Positions 18,228 to 27,082 of a stretch of DNA of 64,000 bases are shown here, one piece after another (position 1 is the first letter of the stretch; the number at the start of each line of letters is the position of its first letter). The DNA is taken from the sequence record PQ567651.1. One strand, given 5' to 3'. The translations under genes were made by a program, and so were the position numbers. This stretch comes from Escherichia phage cardinal. The notes under the pieces are model-generated. The model ran no database searches. It worked only from the letters and a program-made list of their open reading frames with translations, and was not told the origin of the DNA.

Positions 18228-18512
18228 TTATTTTTTAATGTTTTGCCCTACAAAATTGATCACTTCCTTAAGCTGTTTCTCAGTCATGATCGTGCCTGGT
18301 AATTCTTCTTTGATTTCTTCCGGTAGATAGATATTACCGCGCCAGGTTAATAAACAACCGTTTTGATCTTCGCAGATAGAATAAGAGAAGATCCACTCAT
18401 TATCATTCTCAAGCTCCCAAAAGCACAAAAAATCTTCTTTCCCTAAATTTTCAACGGTTAAACATAATCCGCGACGTGCTGCATAGTTGGAAAGTGCTTT
18501 TGTGATCTTCAT
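18228..18512 (-). CDS. hypothetical protein
   Basis: 94-aa ORF. Confidence 0.5.
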   Translation of the reverse strand: MKITKALSNYAARRGLCLTVENLGKEDFLCFWELENDNEWIFSYSICEDQNGCLLTWRGNIYLPEEIKEELPGTIMTEKQLKEVINFVGQNIKK

Positions 18513-18532
18513 AGCTTATCTCTTCTGTTAAG

Positions 18533-18594
18533 GCGGGGAAACCATTTCCCCGCTCTATGAGATACAATATACTATCTGTTAGGTGTGCTGTCAA
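18533..18594 (-). promoter_or_regulatory. promoter + 5' stem-loop cassette
   Basis: TTGACA-N17-TATATT then GCGGGGAAATGGTTTCCCCGCC. Confidence 0.6.
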
Positions 18595-18918
18595 TCAATA
18601 ATCTTTAAGATTTTCTACATTTACAAAAGTGCGTTTATTTTCTAAGTTTTCGCCGTACCATTGCCCCATGTTGATTTCTGCGGTGCGCAACCAGGACATG
18701 CCGCGCTCTATCTTTTTACTTGCAATCTCGATCCGGCTTTTGCATAGTGCTTTCGCTTGCAATGTAAAAACACTATTGCCCTGTAATGCTTCCAGGTCAT
18801 CATGTGCAAGGCGATACTCTTTAAAGCCTGATTCTATCATTTCAATAGCATCAAGTAAACGCGCGCGATGATAGAAAAAATCAGAGTTATCCAAATAAAC
18901 ACCGATCACAGATTTCAT
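18595..18918 (-). CDS. hypothetical protein
   Basis: ORF from ATG (MKSVIGVY) with AAAGGG RBS. Confidence 0.5.
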   Translation of the reverse strand: MKSVIGVYLDNSDFFYHRARLLDAIEMIESGFKEYRLAHDDLEALQGNSVFTLQAKALCKSRIEIASKKIERGMSWLRTAEINMGQWYGENLENKRTFVNVENLKDY

Positions 18919-19247
18919 AATTTTACCCTTTTGTTTGCGGCCTTTGCCGTTTTCAAGATATAGTTTAAAGCATAACAAAAAATTGTCAAGCCTTTAAAGC
19001 GTACAACTATAAAACCTATTAAAACACAATGTATAACAACATGGCTATAGTAGCAATACAACATAAAGCCATGCTTGTTTTCCTTCCTTCCTCGTATGCT
19101 GGATTTATTACGCTATATTGTACGGGAATAATTTTCATGCTGTTTCCTTAATGTCTTAAAACGTGGTTTACAATAGAAACAAGCATACAGAAGAAAAAAG
19201 ATCCTGTCAATAAGATACCGAAAAATAAATGTAAATAGGGCATGGTT

Positions 19248-19550
19248 TTACTCCTTAAAAAAATCATTGACAATTAAACTGATAACGCCCAGCACCAGAT
19301 CACCAGGTAGTGCCGCGCTTTCGTTGTTGCTTGTTTGCACTTCCTCACTAGTACCAGCACGATAGATTGCATGGTAAGCAATAGTATAATAACCTTTCGT
19401 TATTTCTTTAAGATTAATGATTAGCACGTTATTTGTTTCATCTTGAAACAATTTAGCGGTGATAGTATTGTTTTCTTTTACACTATCGACTTTTATTGAT
19501 GGATCATTTACACCAGAAAAAAGAAAAAACGTTTTAGCTATGCCGTTCAT
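19248..19550 (-). CDS. hypothetical protein
   Basis: 100-aa ORF with AAGGAGA RBS; TTGACA-N15-TATAAG upstream. Confidence 0.5.
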   Translation of the reverse strand: MNGIAKTFFLFSGVNDPSIKVDSVKENNTITAKLFQDETNNVLIINLKEITKGYYTIAYHAIYRAGTSEEVQTSNNESAALPGDLVLGVISLIVNDFFKE

Positions 19551-19597
19551 GTAGTTCTCCTTTGTTGTGTGTATCTTATAACGTGCTTTCTATGTTG

Positions 19598-19999
19598 TCA
19601 ATCTTTTATCTCGGTGCATTTTGCCAGGGTATACGTTGCAAGTGCTGACACTAGTTTTTCATTGCTACGATCTGCGGCTGTACTGTGTACTTTTTGAATA
19701 CTTTTTAACCACGGCGTAAAATTTTGAGTAGTCAGCACACTGGTAATAATTTCACATGGCACATCTTCATTTAAGCCGTTAACAATAGATTTATCTATTT
19801 TTGCCGTTAGTTGTGTAACAGCACCATAAGCGATCATGTGTGAATCCTCCATGATTTCATCGGGGATCGCATTATTAATAAGCATGACGTTTTCCATTGC
19901 ATCAACGGCGCTTAATTCTGCTACTGTGGAGGATATCGCCGCGCTAGATGTTCCAACCATGCCAAAAGAGATTAAACCAGCGATCAATAATTTTTTCAT
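19598..19999 (-). CDS. secreted/periplasmic hypothetical protein
   Basis: N-terminal signal peptide MKKLLIAGLISFGMVGTSSAA. Confidence 0.55.
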   Translation of the reverse strand: MKKLLIAGLISFGMVGTSSAAISSTVAELSAVDAMENVMLINNAIPDEIMEDSHMIAYGAVTQLTAKIDKSIVNGLNEDVPCEIITSVLTTQNFTPWLKSIQKVHSTAADRSNEKLVSALATYTLAKCTEIKD

Positions 20000-20007
20000 T
20001 TCTTGCC

Positions 20008-20190
20008 TCATATATGTTTTATTGAGATTATATTGTCACTATATACAACGTTTTTCAACGTGTCAATAAAAATCTTATTGCCTTCAATCCCCAGGATCAC
20101 GCCGCTAGTTATGAAGCCATATTGATCACGATATCGGGCGCATAACCTTTGCCCCTGGGCTAGTGCCTTGCTTATTTCGTCTAATTTCAT
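20008..20190 (-). CDS. hypothetical protein
   Basis: 60-aa ORF with AGGAG RBS. Confidence 0.45.
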   Translation of the reverse strand: MKLDEISKALAQGQRLCARYRDQYGFITSGVILGIEGNKIFIDTLKNVVYSDNIISIKHI

Positions 20191-20283
20191 TTTTAAAGCT
20201 CCTGTAAAGCCGTCTAACGTTGATTTATAGGCTTATCCTGGCGTTACCATTGCCTATGGGTAACAAGCCTCTATATAAGCTAA

Positions 20284-20308
20284 AAGGGCGCTTATTGCGC
20301 CCTTTTTT
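20284..20308 (-). terminator. bidirectional hairpin terminator
   Basis: gggcgc-ttatt-gcgccc flanked by T-runs on both strands. Confidence 0.5.
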
Positions 20309-20309
20309 G

Positions 20310-20447
20310 TTATTCGTTCCAGTATCTTTTTGTGCTGCGATCTCTTTTTGTTTTGTTCCGCTTGTCGCCTTTTTTGGTGATCTCTTCGTTCCAATTTTTA
20401 CGCGCCTTGCTGCGGTTGAATTTTTCGATCTGCTGTGATGCGTTCAT
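20310..20447 (-). CDS. very basic small protein, 45 aa
   Basis: MNASQQIEKFNRSKARKNWNEEITKKGDKRNKTKRDRSTKRYWNE; AAGAGGAAG RBS. Confidence 0.4.
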   Translation of the reverse strand: MNASQQIEKFNRSKARKNWNEEITKKGDKRNKTKRDRSTKRYWNE

Positions 20448-20462
20448 GTTTCTTCCTCTTAA

Positions 20463-20822
20463 TTACGCCACGTTATGCTGTTTTGCCAGGATTACGATCA
20501 TGCTTGCAATATATAACCAATAATTTTCCCGCTCACGGGTAACGGTTGTTTCTTTGCTTGTTTCTTTTATGTACTTCCATTCAATTAACAAGTGATCGAT
20601 CTCGTTATAATCAAAAGCAATATTGATTTCTGACGGTAAACCTTGTAACCAGGAGGCTATCGCCTTGATCATGTTGTGATTGTAACGTTTTTGATTATCG
20701 GGATACCAGTATTCAGATGTAAAACGGCGCATCAGTTCGGTGATCTTTTCTTTTTCTGTTGTAGTACCCTCAAAAGAAATAGCCGACACAATGTAAGTTT
20801 TAATTGCTTTTACTGATTTCAT
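20463..20822 (-). CDS. hypothetical protein
   Basis: 119-aa ORF. Confidence 0.5.
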   Translation of the reverse strand: MKSVKAIKTYIVSAISFEGTTTEKEKITELMRRFTSEYWYPDNQKRYNHNMIKAIASWLQGLPSEINIAFDYNEIDHLLIEWKYIKETSKETTVTRERENYWLYIASMIVILAKQHNVA

Positions 20823-20842
20823 AATCTTATCTCTTTATTGTT

Positions 20843-20901
20843 GGCGGGAAACCATTCCCCGCCGTTGTTGTTACTTTACTTATAAATGATGCTACTGTCA
20901 A
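20843..20901 (-). promoter_or_regulatory. promoter + 5' stem-loop cassette
   Basis: TTGACA-N17-TAAAGT then GGCGGGGAATGGTTTCCCGCC. Confidence 0.6.
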
Positions 20902-20908
20902 ACGGATA

Positions 20909-21079
20909 TTATTTGTTTTTTAACGTTAATGTTCCCAGCTTATCAGCGTGACGCAGACCAGGAAAGATCCATTTTCCTGATTCATCTTTTACCGGGGCTT
21001 TAAGCGTAGCGCCCAGGTTGGCGGCATTAACTTTACGTGCAACGTTGCGAGCGGCTTCACGGGTAGCGAAAGTGATCAT
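20909..21079 (-). CDS. hypothetical small protein, 56 aa
   Basis: AAGAGGAAAA RBS; not in track. Confidence 0.4.
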   Translation of the reverse strand: MITFATREAARNVARKVNAANLGATLKAPVKDESGKWIFPGLRHADKLGTLTLKNK

Positions 21080-21103
21080 GATGTTTTCCTCTTCTCTTTG
21101 TTA

Positions 21104-21165
21104 GGCGGTGGGCTATTCCACCGCCTTGATGAATACAGTTTACTTTATTTTTGCAGTATTGCAAG
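21104..21165 (-). promoter_or_regulatory. promoter-like + 5' stem-loop cassette (variant)
   Basis: GGCGGTGGAATAGCCCACCGCC hairpin with TTGCAA-N16-TAAACT upstream. Confidence 0.45.
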
Positions 21166-21170
21166 CGGTT

Positions 21171-21386
21171 TTATGAAATAAATGTCAAAGTAAAATCATA
21201 ATCTTTTGACAGTTTATATTGCACCTTGTTACCGTATATGTCACCTTTACGTAAAGATCCGCGAATACCTATTACATCCTTTACATCTTTAAGATTTTTC
21301 ACGCCTGTAATGTCTTTATTGAAATGATCGTGATCAGAAAATAAAACCTGCTTTGCATTTTTTAACAGTGTGCGGATATTAGCCAT
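21171..21386 (-). CDS. hypothetical protein
   Basis: 71-aa ORF. Confidence 0.5.
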   Translation of the reverse strand: MANIRTLLKNAKQVLFSDHDHFNKDITGVKNLKDVKDVIGIRGSLRKGDIYGNKVQYKLSKDYDFTLTFIS

Positions 21387-21405
21387 TTGATAATCTCTCT
21401 TACTA

Positions 21406-21464
21406 GGGGCGGCACTATTGCCGCCCTATGCATTACATTTTACTGATTTTAGTTATCTTGTCAA
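21406..21464 (-). promoter_or_regulatory. promoter + 5' stem-loop cassette
   Basis: TTGACA-N16-TAAAAT then GGGCGGCAATAGTGCCGCCCC. Confidence 0.6.
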
Positions 21465-21472
21465 TATTATTT

Positions 21473-21700
21473 TTAGTTTAATTGATCCAGGCACAACAAG
21501 CGATCAACATTCAGATCGGTTAGGCTAATCGTTGGCACCTGGTAGGATTCGATGTACTCAACGCTCGACCATTGCCCGAAGTTAGCGACCGCCCAGCTAT
21601 TCAAGGAAGAGTGAAGATCATCCCCTTTCTTCTCGGTGATAACTGCTACTACCTGGGAGCTTCCAACCGTACCGGATACGCGAACAATAACGATAGCCAT
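21473..21700 (-). CDS. hypothetical protein
   Basis: 75-aa ORF. Confidence 0.5.
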   Translation of the reverse strand: MAIVIVRVSGTVGSSQVVAVITEKKGDDLHSSLNSWAVANFGQWSSVEYIESYQVPTISLTDLNVDRLLCLDQLN

Positions 21701-21721
21701 AATGATAACCTTTCTTTGATT

Positions 21722-21781
21722 TGGCGGGAAACCATTTCCCGCCCTATGTGATATATCTTACACTAATTTAAAACGTTGTCA
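21722..21781 (-). promoter_or_regulatory. promoter + 5' stem-loop cassette
   Basis: TTGACA-N16-TAAGAT then atatcacatag-GGCGGGAAATGGTTTCCCGCC. Confidence 0.65.
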
Positions 21782-21877
21782 AATTATTTTCTATTTCTTC
21801 CGTAATAGCCCAATTTATGATCTAAGCTAAAACGTTTTGTGAGATAGGTCGAACGATGTTTCATTTTTATGTCTCCT

Positions 21878-22117
21878 TTACATTCCAACCATAGCGGCAC
21901 GGATCGCGGTTTTACTGAACTTGAATCCGTCTGGCGTTTTATCTTGATCCATACTTTCAAGAAATAACATCATATCCCGCGCTGCGTCATTCTTATTGGT
22001 GTTAGCTGCGATAAATTCACGCGCAAGATTATAAAAACCTTCATCGTTGTTGATCCAAAGGCTTACATTCCAATGAGTTTTGTTTTTGTGACCTAAGAAC
22101 ATTTTAGATTTAGCCAT
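21878..22117 (-). CDS. hypothetical protein
   Basis: 79-aa ORF. Confidence 0.5.
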   Translation of the reverse strand: MAKSKMFLGHKNKTHWNVSLWINNDEGFYNLAREFIAANTNKNDAARDMMLFLESMDQDKTPDGFKFSKTAIRAAMVGM

Positions 22118-22140
22118 GATGTTAATCTCTTTTTCAGTGA

Positions 22141-22199
22141 GGCGGGAACTATTCCCGCTCTCGATATAAGTATTATATGCTTTTTATTCGTGCTGTCAA
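22141..22199 (-). promoter_or_regulatory. promoter + 5' stem-loop cassette
   Basis: TTGACA-N16-TATAAT then GCGGGAATAGTTCCCGCC. Confidence 0.65.
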
Positions 22200-22205
22200 T
22201 GCTTT

Positions 22206-22571
22206 TTATAAATCTTTTTTACGTTTAACATCGCTTGCATGACTGTATACAGCGATCCCATTATCACGGCAAAAACGGGAAAGATACGCGCCGCGTGAAA
22301 ACTCTTTGCCCTCCAGGTTGATAACCTTGCTAAACTCTTCCAGGGCGACGGTATCAAAATGATCCCCATAACCATATTGAAACGGAACGTTAACGACTTC
22401 AATCAGTTTACCGCCGATCTCAACGTCAACCATCAAAGAGAAATAAGTATTACCATAAGACTTTTGAAACCAGCGACGGGCGCTAATATGTACCGCTTCA
22501 ATGCTGGATAGTTCAATTTTAGCAGTGTTAGCCAGGGTAGCATAAGCAGAAACATTGATATTTTTAGCCAT
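22206..22571 (-). CDS. hypothetical protein
   Basis: 121-aa ORF with AAAGAGA RBS. Confidence 0.5.
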   Translation of the reverse strand: MAKNINVSAYATLANTAKIELSSIEAVHISARRWFQKSYGNTYFSLMVDVEIGGKLIEVVNVPFQYGYGDHFDTVALEEFSKVINLEGKEFSRGAYLSRFCRDNGIAVYSHASDVKRKKDL

Positions 22572-22666
22572 AGTCTTTAATCTCTTTTGATTAGTTAGGA
22601 GTATTCCCGATAAAAGTTATTATGCTTGTACTATCGTTCGTTGTCAATAGCACAAGACTAAAACTT

Positions 22667-22846
22667 TTAACGATAATCATCATAGGCTTTATTGACCTGG
22701 CGAATATAGCATTCAAAAGCTAGATCAATAGATTTATATTCACGGATATAATCACCATAGGAAACCACATACATTTCTATAGCTTCCTCATATGCCAGGA
22801 TGATAGAATCTAAACCTACGATCTCAGTCTTTGCAATAATAGCCAT
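22667..22846 (-). CDS. hypothetical small protein, 59 aa
   Basis: ORF downstream of cassette 22934-22989; not in track. Confidence 0.4.
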   Translation of the reverse strand: MAIIAKTEIVGLDSIILAYEEAIEMYVVSYGDYIREYKSIDLAFECYIRQVNKAYDDYR

Positions 22847-22933
22847 GCTTTTATTCCTTAGTAATGTTTCAATCTATATAAGCATTATAGCTTACTGATT
22901 TCAGGTGTCAAGTGATTTTTTATTTCACCTTAT

Positions 22934-22989
22934 GGGGCGTTGCCCCGCTTTATGTGGTACATATTACGGGGCTTGTTCGCATATGTCAA
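22934..22989 (-). promoter_or_regulatory. promoter + 5' stem-loop cassette
   Basis: TTGACA-N17-TAATAT then GCGGGGCAACGCCCC. Confidence 0.55.
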
Positions 22990-22992
22990 GCC

Positions 22993-23547
22993 TTACACAA
23001 GACAATTTTCATAATTTTTTAGGGCTTGTCTTTTTTCCTCTTCCGTCGGCATGTATGGCTGGATCTCTTCCTCTTCCAGGGTAGGCATGATTTCTTCCTC
23101 TTCCTCCTGGTCGTCCTGGTCTTCCTCTTGCGCTACTGCAACAAGTTTATTGATCTTCTCCTGGGCTTTAATCAATTTTGCATCTAGCACCATTTTAGCG
23201 GTGTTGTATACCGTCCATGCCATGCGTTTTTCTTCGTATGCTTTATCTAGTGCGGCTAATTTAGCGGGATACTCTTCCAACACCTTAAAAGCCGGATCAA
23301 TGCTGTATAAGGGATTATTTTTAGCGTCATCGCTTGGATCTGCGGCGCTTGCAATGTCAGCGTTGCCATTCGCCAGCCATCCAGGGCGAACGGATCGCGC
23401 CTTTGTGTTGCCGTTGCTCTTTGCCGCTCGATTTCCTATCTGCTCCCCGCTATACCCTACCATGTGATCGATCATGTCATCTGGTATTATGCGCGGATCA
23501 TTAGCGTCATGCTTTACCCAGGACTGGATCACATATTCACGCCCCAT
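22993..23547 (-). CDS. hypothetical protein with acidic C-terminal tract
   Basis: 184 aa; QEEDQDDQEEEEE run. Confidence 0.5.
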   Translation of the reverse strand: MGREYVIQSWVKHDANDPRIIPDDMIDHMVGYSGEQIGNRAAKSNGNTKARSVRPGWLANGNADIASAADPSDDAKNNPLYSIDPAFKVLEEYPAKLAALDKAYEEKRMAWTVYNTAKMVLDAKLIKAQEKINKLVAVAQEEDQDDQEEEEEIMPTLEEEEIQPYMPTEEEKRQALKNYENCLV

Positions 23548-23809
23548 GTTCGTTCGCCTCTTCTGTTAGTAGTTTACATACCTTAAACATGCTTGCCGCG
23601 TCTTTTGACGGTAGCCAGCCTATGCGATACACTCCAGGATCTGGATTCGTTATATCTGTTAATTGAGCGTTACGATGATTAAAAATAGTGTAACCGCCGC
23701 CAGCACGGGGATAAACATTATCTTTAAACCTGATAGCGTATCTCGCCAGGTTGAACGTTGTAGCATGTTCAAAAGCGATCACATTATCAAAAACTTTTAG
23801 AAAAAACAA
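23537..23809 (-). CDS. hypothetical protein
   Basis: 90-aa ORF, GGGGAGGA RBS. Confidence 0.5.
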   Translation of the reverse strand: MFFLKVFDNVIAFEHATTFNLARYAIRFKDNVYPRAGGGYTIFNHRNAQLTDITNPDPGVYRIGWLPSKDAASMFKVCKLLTEEANEHGA

Positions 23810-23976
23810 GATTATCCTCCCCAGCGTTTAAAGCCCGTTGCACGGTTATTTTTTAACTCTCGTTTTAGTCTCTTGCAACGGTTTACAAGTGCAAACCGTG
23901 CCGGAGTGGTAACAGTAGCGCCGTTTTTGGTGTGAATACTCATTACATATTGTTTCATAAAGTTTTATCCTATGTA

Positions 23977-24030
23977 AGCGGGAACTATTCCCGCTTTAAG
24001 ATAGCTTATCAGGTTTTAGTGCAATGTCAA
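23977..24030 (-). promoter_or_regulatory. promoter + 5' stem-loop cassette
   Basis: TTGACA-N16-TAAGCT then GCGGGAATAGTTCCCGCT. Confidence 0.55.
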
Positions 24031-24036
24031 CCGTTT

Positions 24037-24399
24037 TTATTCGTAAATTTTACCGCTTTCTACCCATACCATAACGCGGCGCATATTATCCCATGCATCT
24101 TGTCGCAGATTTAAGGCATGCAATTCTTCGGTTGTGCTCATACCTGGTACGGGCTTGCTATATGTTACAAAGAGATCGCCAGCATATTCATAAGCCAGGG
24201 TAAGATCACATTGAATCATCTTTTTAAGCATAGCATTAAGCATCATATTAGCGGCATGTTGATCACGTTTTAGCGGTAGCGTTGCGATCTGTGAGCGATA
24301 GCTTTCGATCCGTGCATCCACTGCATCACGTGGAAGATTTTTCACGTCGTCGCGGAAAGATACCAGGTTTAACATGATAGTATTGATTTGCTTGCTCAT
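24037..24399 (-). CDS. hypothetical protein
   Basis: 120-aa ORF. Confidence 0.5.
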   Translation of the reverse strand: MSKQINTIMLNLVSFRDDVKNLPRDAVDARIESYRSQIATLPLKRDQHAANMMLNAMLKKMIQCDLTLAYEYAGDLFVTYSKPVPGMSTTEELHALNLRQDAWDNMRRVMVWVESGKIYE

Positions 24400-24424
24400 T
24401 GTGTTACCCTTTCTTTGATGGCCT

Positions 24425-24484
24425 GGCGGGAAACCATTTCCCGCCCTATGTGATACATCTTATCAGATTAAAAAACGTTGTCAA
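24425..24484 (-). promoter_or_regulatory. promoter + 5' stem-loop cassette
   Basis: TTGACA-N16-TAAGAT then gtatcacatag-GGCGGGAAATGGTTTCCCGCC. Confidence 0.65.
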
Positions 24485-24503
24485 GAATATTTTTTAGATA
24501 ATT

Positions 24504-24785
24504 TTAACTATATGATCCACATTGTTCGCAGTAGTGATCATCGTCGCCATCAGCTACCTGGCTGATAAAGTGATCTACTTTTGCTTTTAGGTTATTATAA
24601 TTGTTTTCTACTTCCTTTAATCGCTCCTGATAGTAGCCCAGGGCTTTAATATACGCCGCCTCTTCTGTTTTTTCACGCATGGCTAAATTCATGCCGCGCG
24701 TATCATCATACAGCCAAAAGCCATCGGTACATTCACTCATTGAAAGGGTAGGGCTTAACTCTTTATGATTAATTACCTTGCTCAT
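24504..24785 (-). CDS. hypothetical protein
   Basis: ORF; C-terminal CEQCG motif; start uncertain (24785 or 24818). Confidence 0.45.
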   Translation of the reverse strand: MSKVINHKELSPTLSMSECTDGFWLYDDTRGMNLAMREKTEEAAYIKALGYYQERLKEVENNYNNLKAKVDHFISQVADGDDDHYCEQCGSYS

Positions 24786-25169
24786 AGTGTGCGCCTTATA
24801 GAATGATTGAAACAACAATTGCTACAGTGATCCACACTGGAACGGCTAACAAAATAGCGTTAATCGTTCCAACCGTCAAGCTGTTTTCTTTCTTGATCAT
24901 CGTTATCAACCTTTTATAAGTAATGTTATTGTGACGGTGGATTGTGGAGATCCTCACCTTTGCCCGTCCTGCATTGCGCCCTCCTTTTGTTTATTGTCGT
25001 TGTGCCTCGCCCCCCTCGACAAGATGAATAATACGCTACCAGGTGAGGAACGTCAACCCCTTTTTTAATCTTTTTTTCATTTCTTTTTTTTGCTTGCTAT
25101 CTATAAAGGAAAGGGCTATTATCTTTCTACCACGCCAACCAGGGCGCACATCAAAGAAAGGGCGATACC

Positions 25170-25436
25170 ATGACAAATACTACTTTACACCTCATGCACT
25201 CATTAGGCTGGCAAGGCGGCACGGTGCACCAGGTAGCAAGCGCAACGGGCTTAAAGGTTGAAACCGTTCTCAACCTGGGCGATCATAAGGTGGAAGAAAT
25301 AGATCATTTTGATACGTTCGCAAATGGTTATCTATGGGCTTGCAGTGGCGGCGGGGAAAGCAAGATCCCACCAGGGGCGCGGGGTGATATATATTTTTGG
25401 TTAGGTGTCCTATCCTGGCAAGAAAACAAAAAATAA
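25170..25436 (+). CDS. hypothetical protein
   Basis: 88-aa ORF with AAAGAAAGGG RBS; TTGCTA-N17-TATTAT upstream. Confidence 0.45.
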   Translation: MTNTTLHLMHSLGWQGGTVHQVASATGLKVETVLNLGDHKVEEIDHFDTFANGYLWACSGGGESKIPPGARGDIYFWLGVLSWQENKK

Positions 25437-25437
25437 T

Positions 25438-25472
25438 ATTGACAAGCCCAGGGATCGGGCTTATACTGTTTT
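25438..25472 (+). promoter_or_regulatory. sigma70-like promoter with palindrome in spacer
   Basis: TTGACA-agcccagggatcgggct-TATACT; spacer is an inverted repeat. Confidence 0.55.
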
Positions 25473-25586
25473 ACATACAGAAGAGGAAGCGCCACCCCCA
25501 CGGCGTAAAGGCGGGGCTAACATACCAGGGCACTACTGGTTGGAAGGTTGATCGCTGGTACAACGTATTTACAAAGGAGGTTAGCA

Positions 25587-26180
25587 ATGAAAAAAGTTTT
25601 TGGAGTAGGCATTAACGATAGTGCAAAGCCGATCAAAGGTTGTCGATTCTATGCAACATGGCGCAACATGTTACAACGTTGTTATAGTGAATCATATCAG
25701 GACAAAAGGCCATCTTATAAAGGTTGTAGTGTTTGTGATGAATGGTTGACGTTTAGCACTTTTCGTGCTTGGATGGAACAGCAGGATCACCAGGGAAAAC
25801 AATTAGATAAAGATATAATAACACCGGGTAATAAACTCTATTGTCCTGATCGTTGCGTATTTGTAACGCAAGAAATGAATAGTTTGTTAACAGTTACAAA
25901 GAGTAACAAAGGGGATCATCCTTTGGGTGTTTCATTTTTGAATCATAAACCATTGCCGCGCCCTTATTTAGCAACAATACGTTATAATAACGTAGTGGAA
26001 AGATTAGGGTACTATGTAGATCCTTTATCCGCTCATTTGGCCTGGAATAGGCGCAAACGTGAAATAATCATAGAGATTATTAGTAATGAAACGGATTCAA
26101 GGATCGCCGCTGGCTTGGCTTTACGTGTTGACGCTCTCGATCTGGCTTATGAAAATAAAGCGGAAATAACTTGCTTATGA
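25587..26180 (+). CDS. putative homing-endonuclease-like protein with AP2-type DNA-binding domain
   Basis: N-terminal YATWRNMLQRCY...CDEWLTFSTFRAWM and AP2-like YLATIRYNNVVERLGYYVDPLSAHLAWN; AAAGGAGG RBS. Confidence 0.4.
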   Translation: MKKVFGVGINDSAKPIKGCRFYATWRNMLQRCYSESYQDKRPSYKGCSVCDEWLTFSTFRAWMEQQDHQGKQLDKDIITPGNKLYCPDRCVFVTQEMNSLLTVTKSNKGDHPLGVSFLNHKPLPRPYLATIRYNNVVERLGYYVDPLSAHLAWNRRKREIIIEIISNETDSRIAAGLALRVDALDLAYENKAEITCL

Positions 26181-26184
26181 CGCT

Positions 26185-26217
26185 TGACAAGCGCCCGACA
26201 AGGGCGCATAATCTCTT
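26185..26217 (+). promoter_or_regulatory. sigma70-like promoter with palindrome in spacer
   Basis: TTGACA-agcgcccgacaagggcg-CATAAT; gcgccc...gggcgc inverted repeat. Confidence 0.5.
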
Positions 26218-26435
26218 ACATAGACAGGAACGCCTACCAATGGCGCTAAACTTGGTGATGATAGCCGCAGGGCATCGACAGCTATAATCGCCGGTAGCTC
26301 GTCTAAAATAAATTTGTAAAGAAATGTAAAGATAAAAATAATCGCTTGCTTTTGTTGTTGGTTATGCTATTCTTATTGTATGGCGAGGGGACACGGGAGC
26401 GCGAGACAAACACCGCCCCTGCGCGTTATTTTCTA

Positions 26436-26550
26436 AATGAGAAAATTCTCATTTGCTAATGATTCTCATTCTCTTACTGAGAATGATTATCACTTACATA
26501 ATTAAATGATAATGATTCTCATTTACAAATGAGAATGATTATCATACGCA
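26436..26550. promoter_or_regulatory. cluster of Fur-box-like palindromes
   Basis: aaatgagaaaattctcattt, aatgattctcattctc, gagaatgattatcac, gataatgattctcattta, gagaatgattatcatacg. Confidence 0.45.
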
Positions 26551-26564
26551 TACCTATAAAAACA

Positions 26565-26775
26565 CGAAATTGAACTTTTCATTTTTGATTTTTCTACGGA
26601 AAAAGGCAAAAAAACTTTAAATAAACTGGGGAATTTTTAAAAAATTGAAGTTTTCATTTTCAAAATCTGGATAGAAATACGTACAAAAACTTTAAATAAT
26701 TTTGACCAAACTTGAACTTTTCATTTTCAAAATTTGTACCCAAAAATCTGTAAAAACTTTAAATAATTTTGTACT
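26565..26775. repeat. three ~65-bp imperfect direct repeats
   Basis: units start aaattgaa(c/g)ttttcatttt... and end ...aaaaactttaaataa at about 26568, 26642, 26711. Confidence 0.8.
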
Positions 26776-27082
26776 TTTTATAAAAATGATTTTACTGTTC
26801 TGTTATAAGTAGTAGTTAAGAGATAGTATGCCTTTTAAAGATCAGATACCATAGTCAAACAAACAAATTAAATACTTTATTAACAGAGTACAGAATAATA
26901 TTTACTCTGGATATATTATTCAGAGGGTGGATTTCCGTACATGAAACCCACACCCCTTTTTATAAAAATAAAAATTTTCAAAATATCAGTAAATATCAGA
27001 TTGTGCTTTTAGATAAACAGCAAGGTCTGTATGCCATTTTCCTAAAAGATTTTGTCCTTTCCAACAGTCCTTATTTTCCACA

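Noticed and set aside
17135-24484. GC-rich hairpins as rho-independent terminators
   Set aside because: No U-tract follows on either strand, and each sits just downstream of a -35/-10 pair and upstream of an RBS; better read as 5'-UTR stem-loops.
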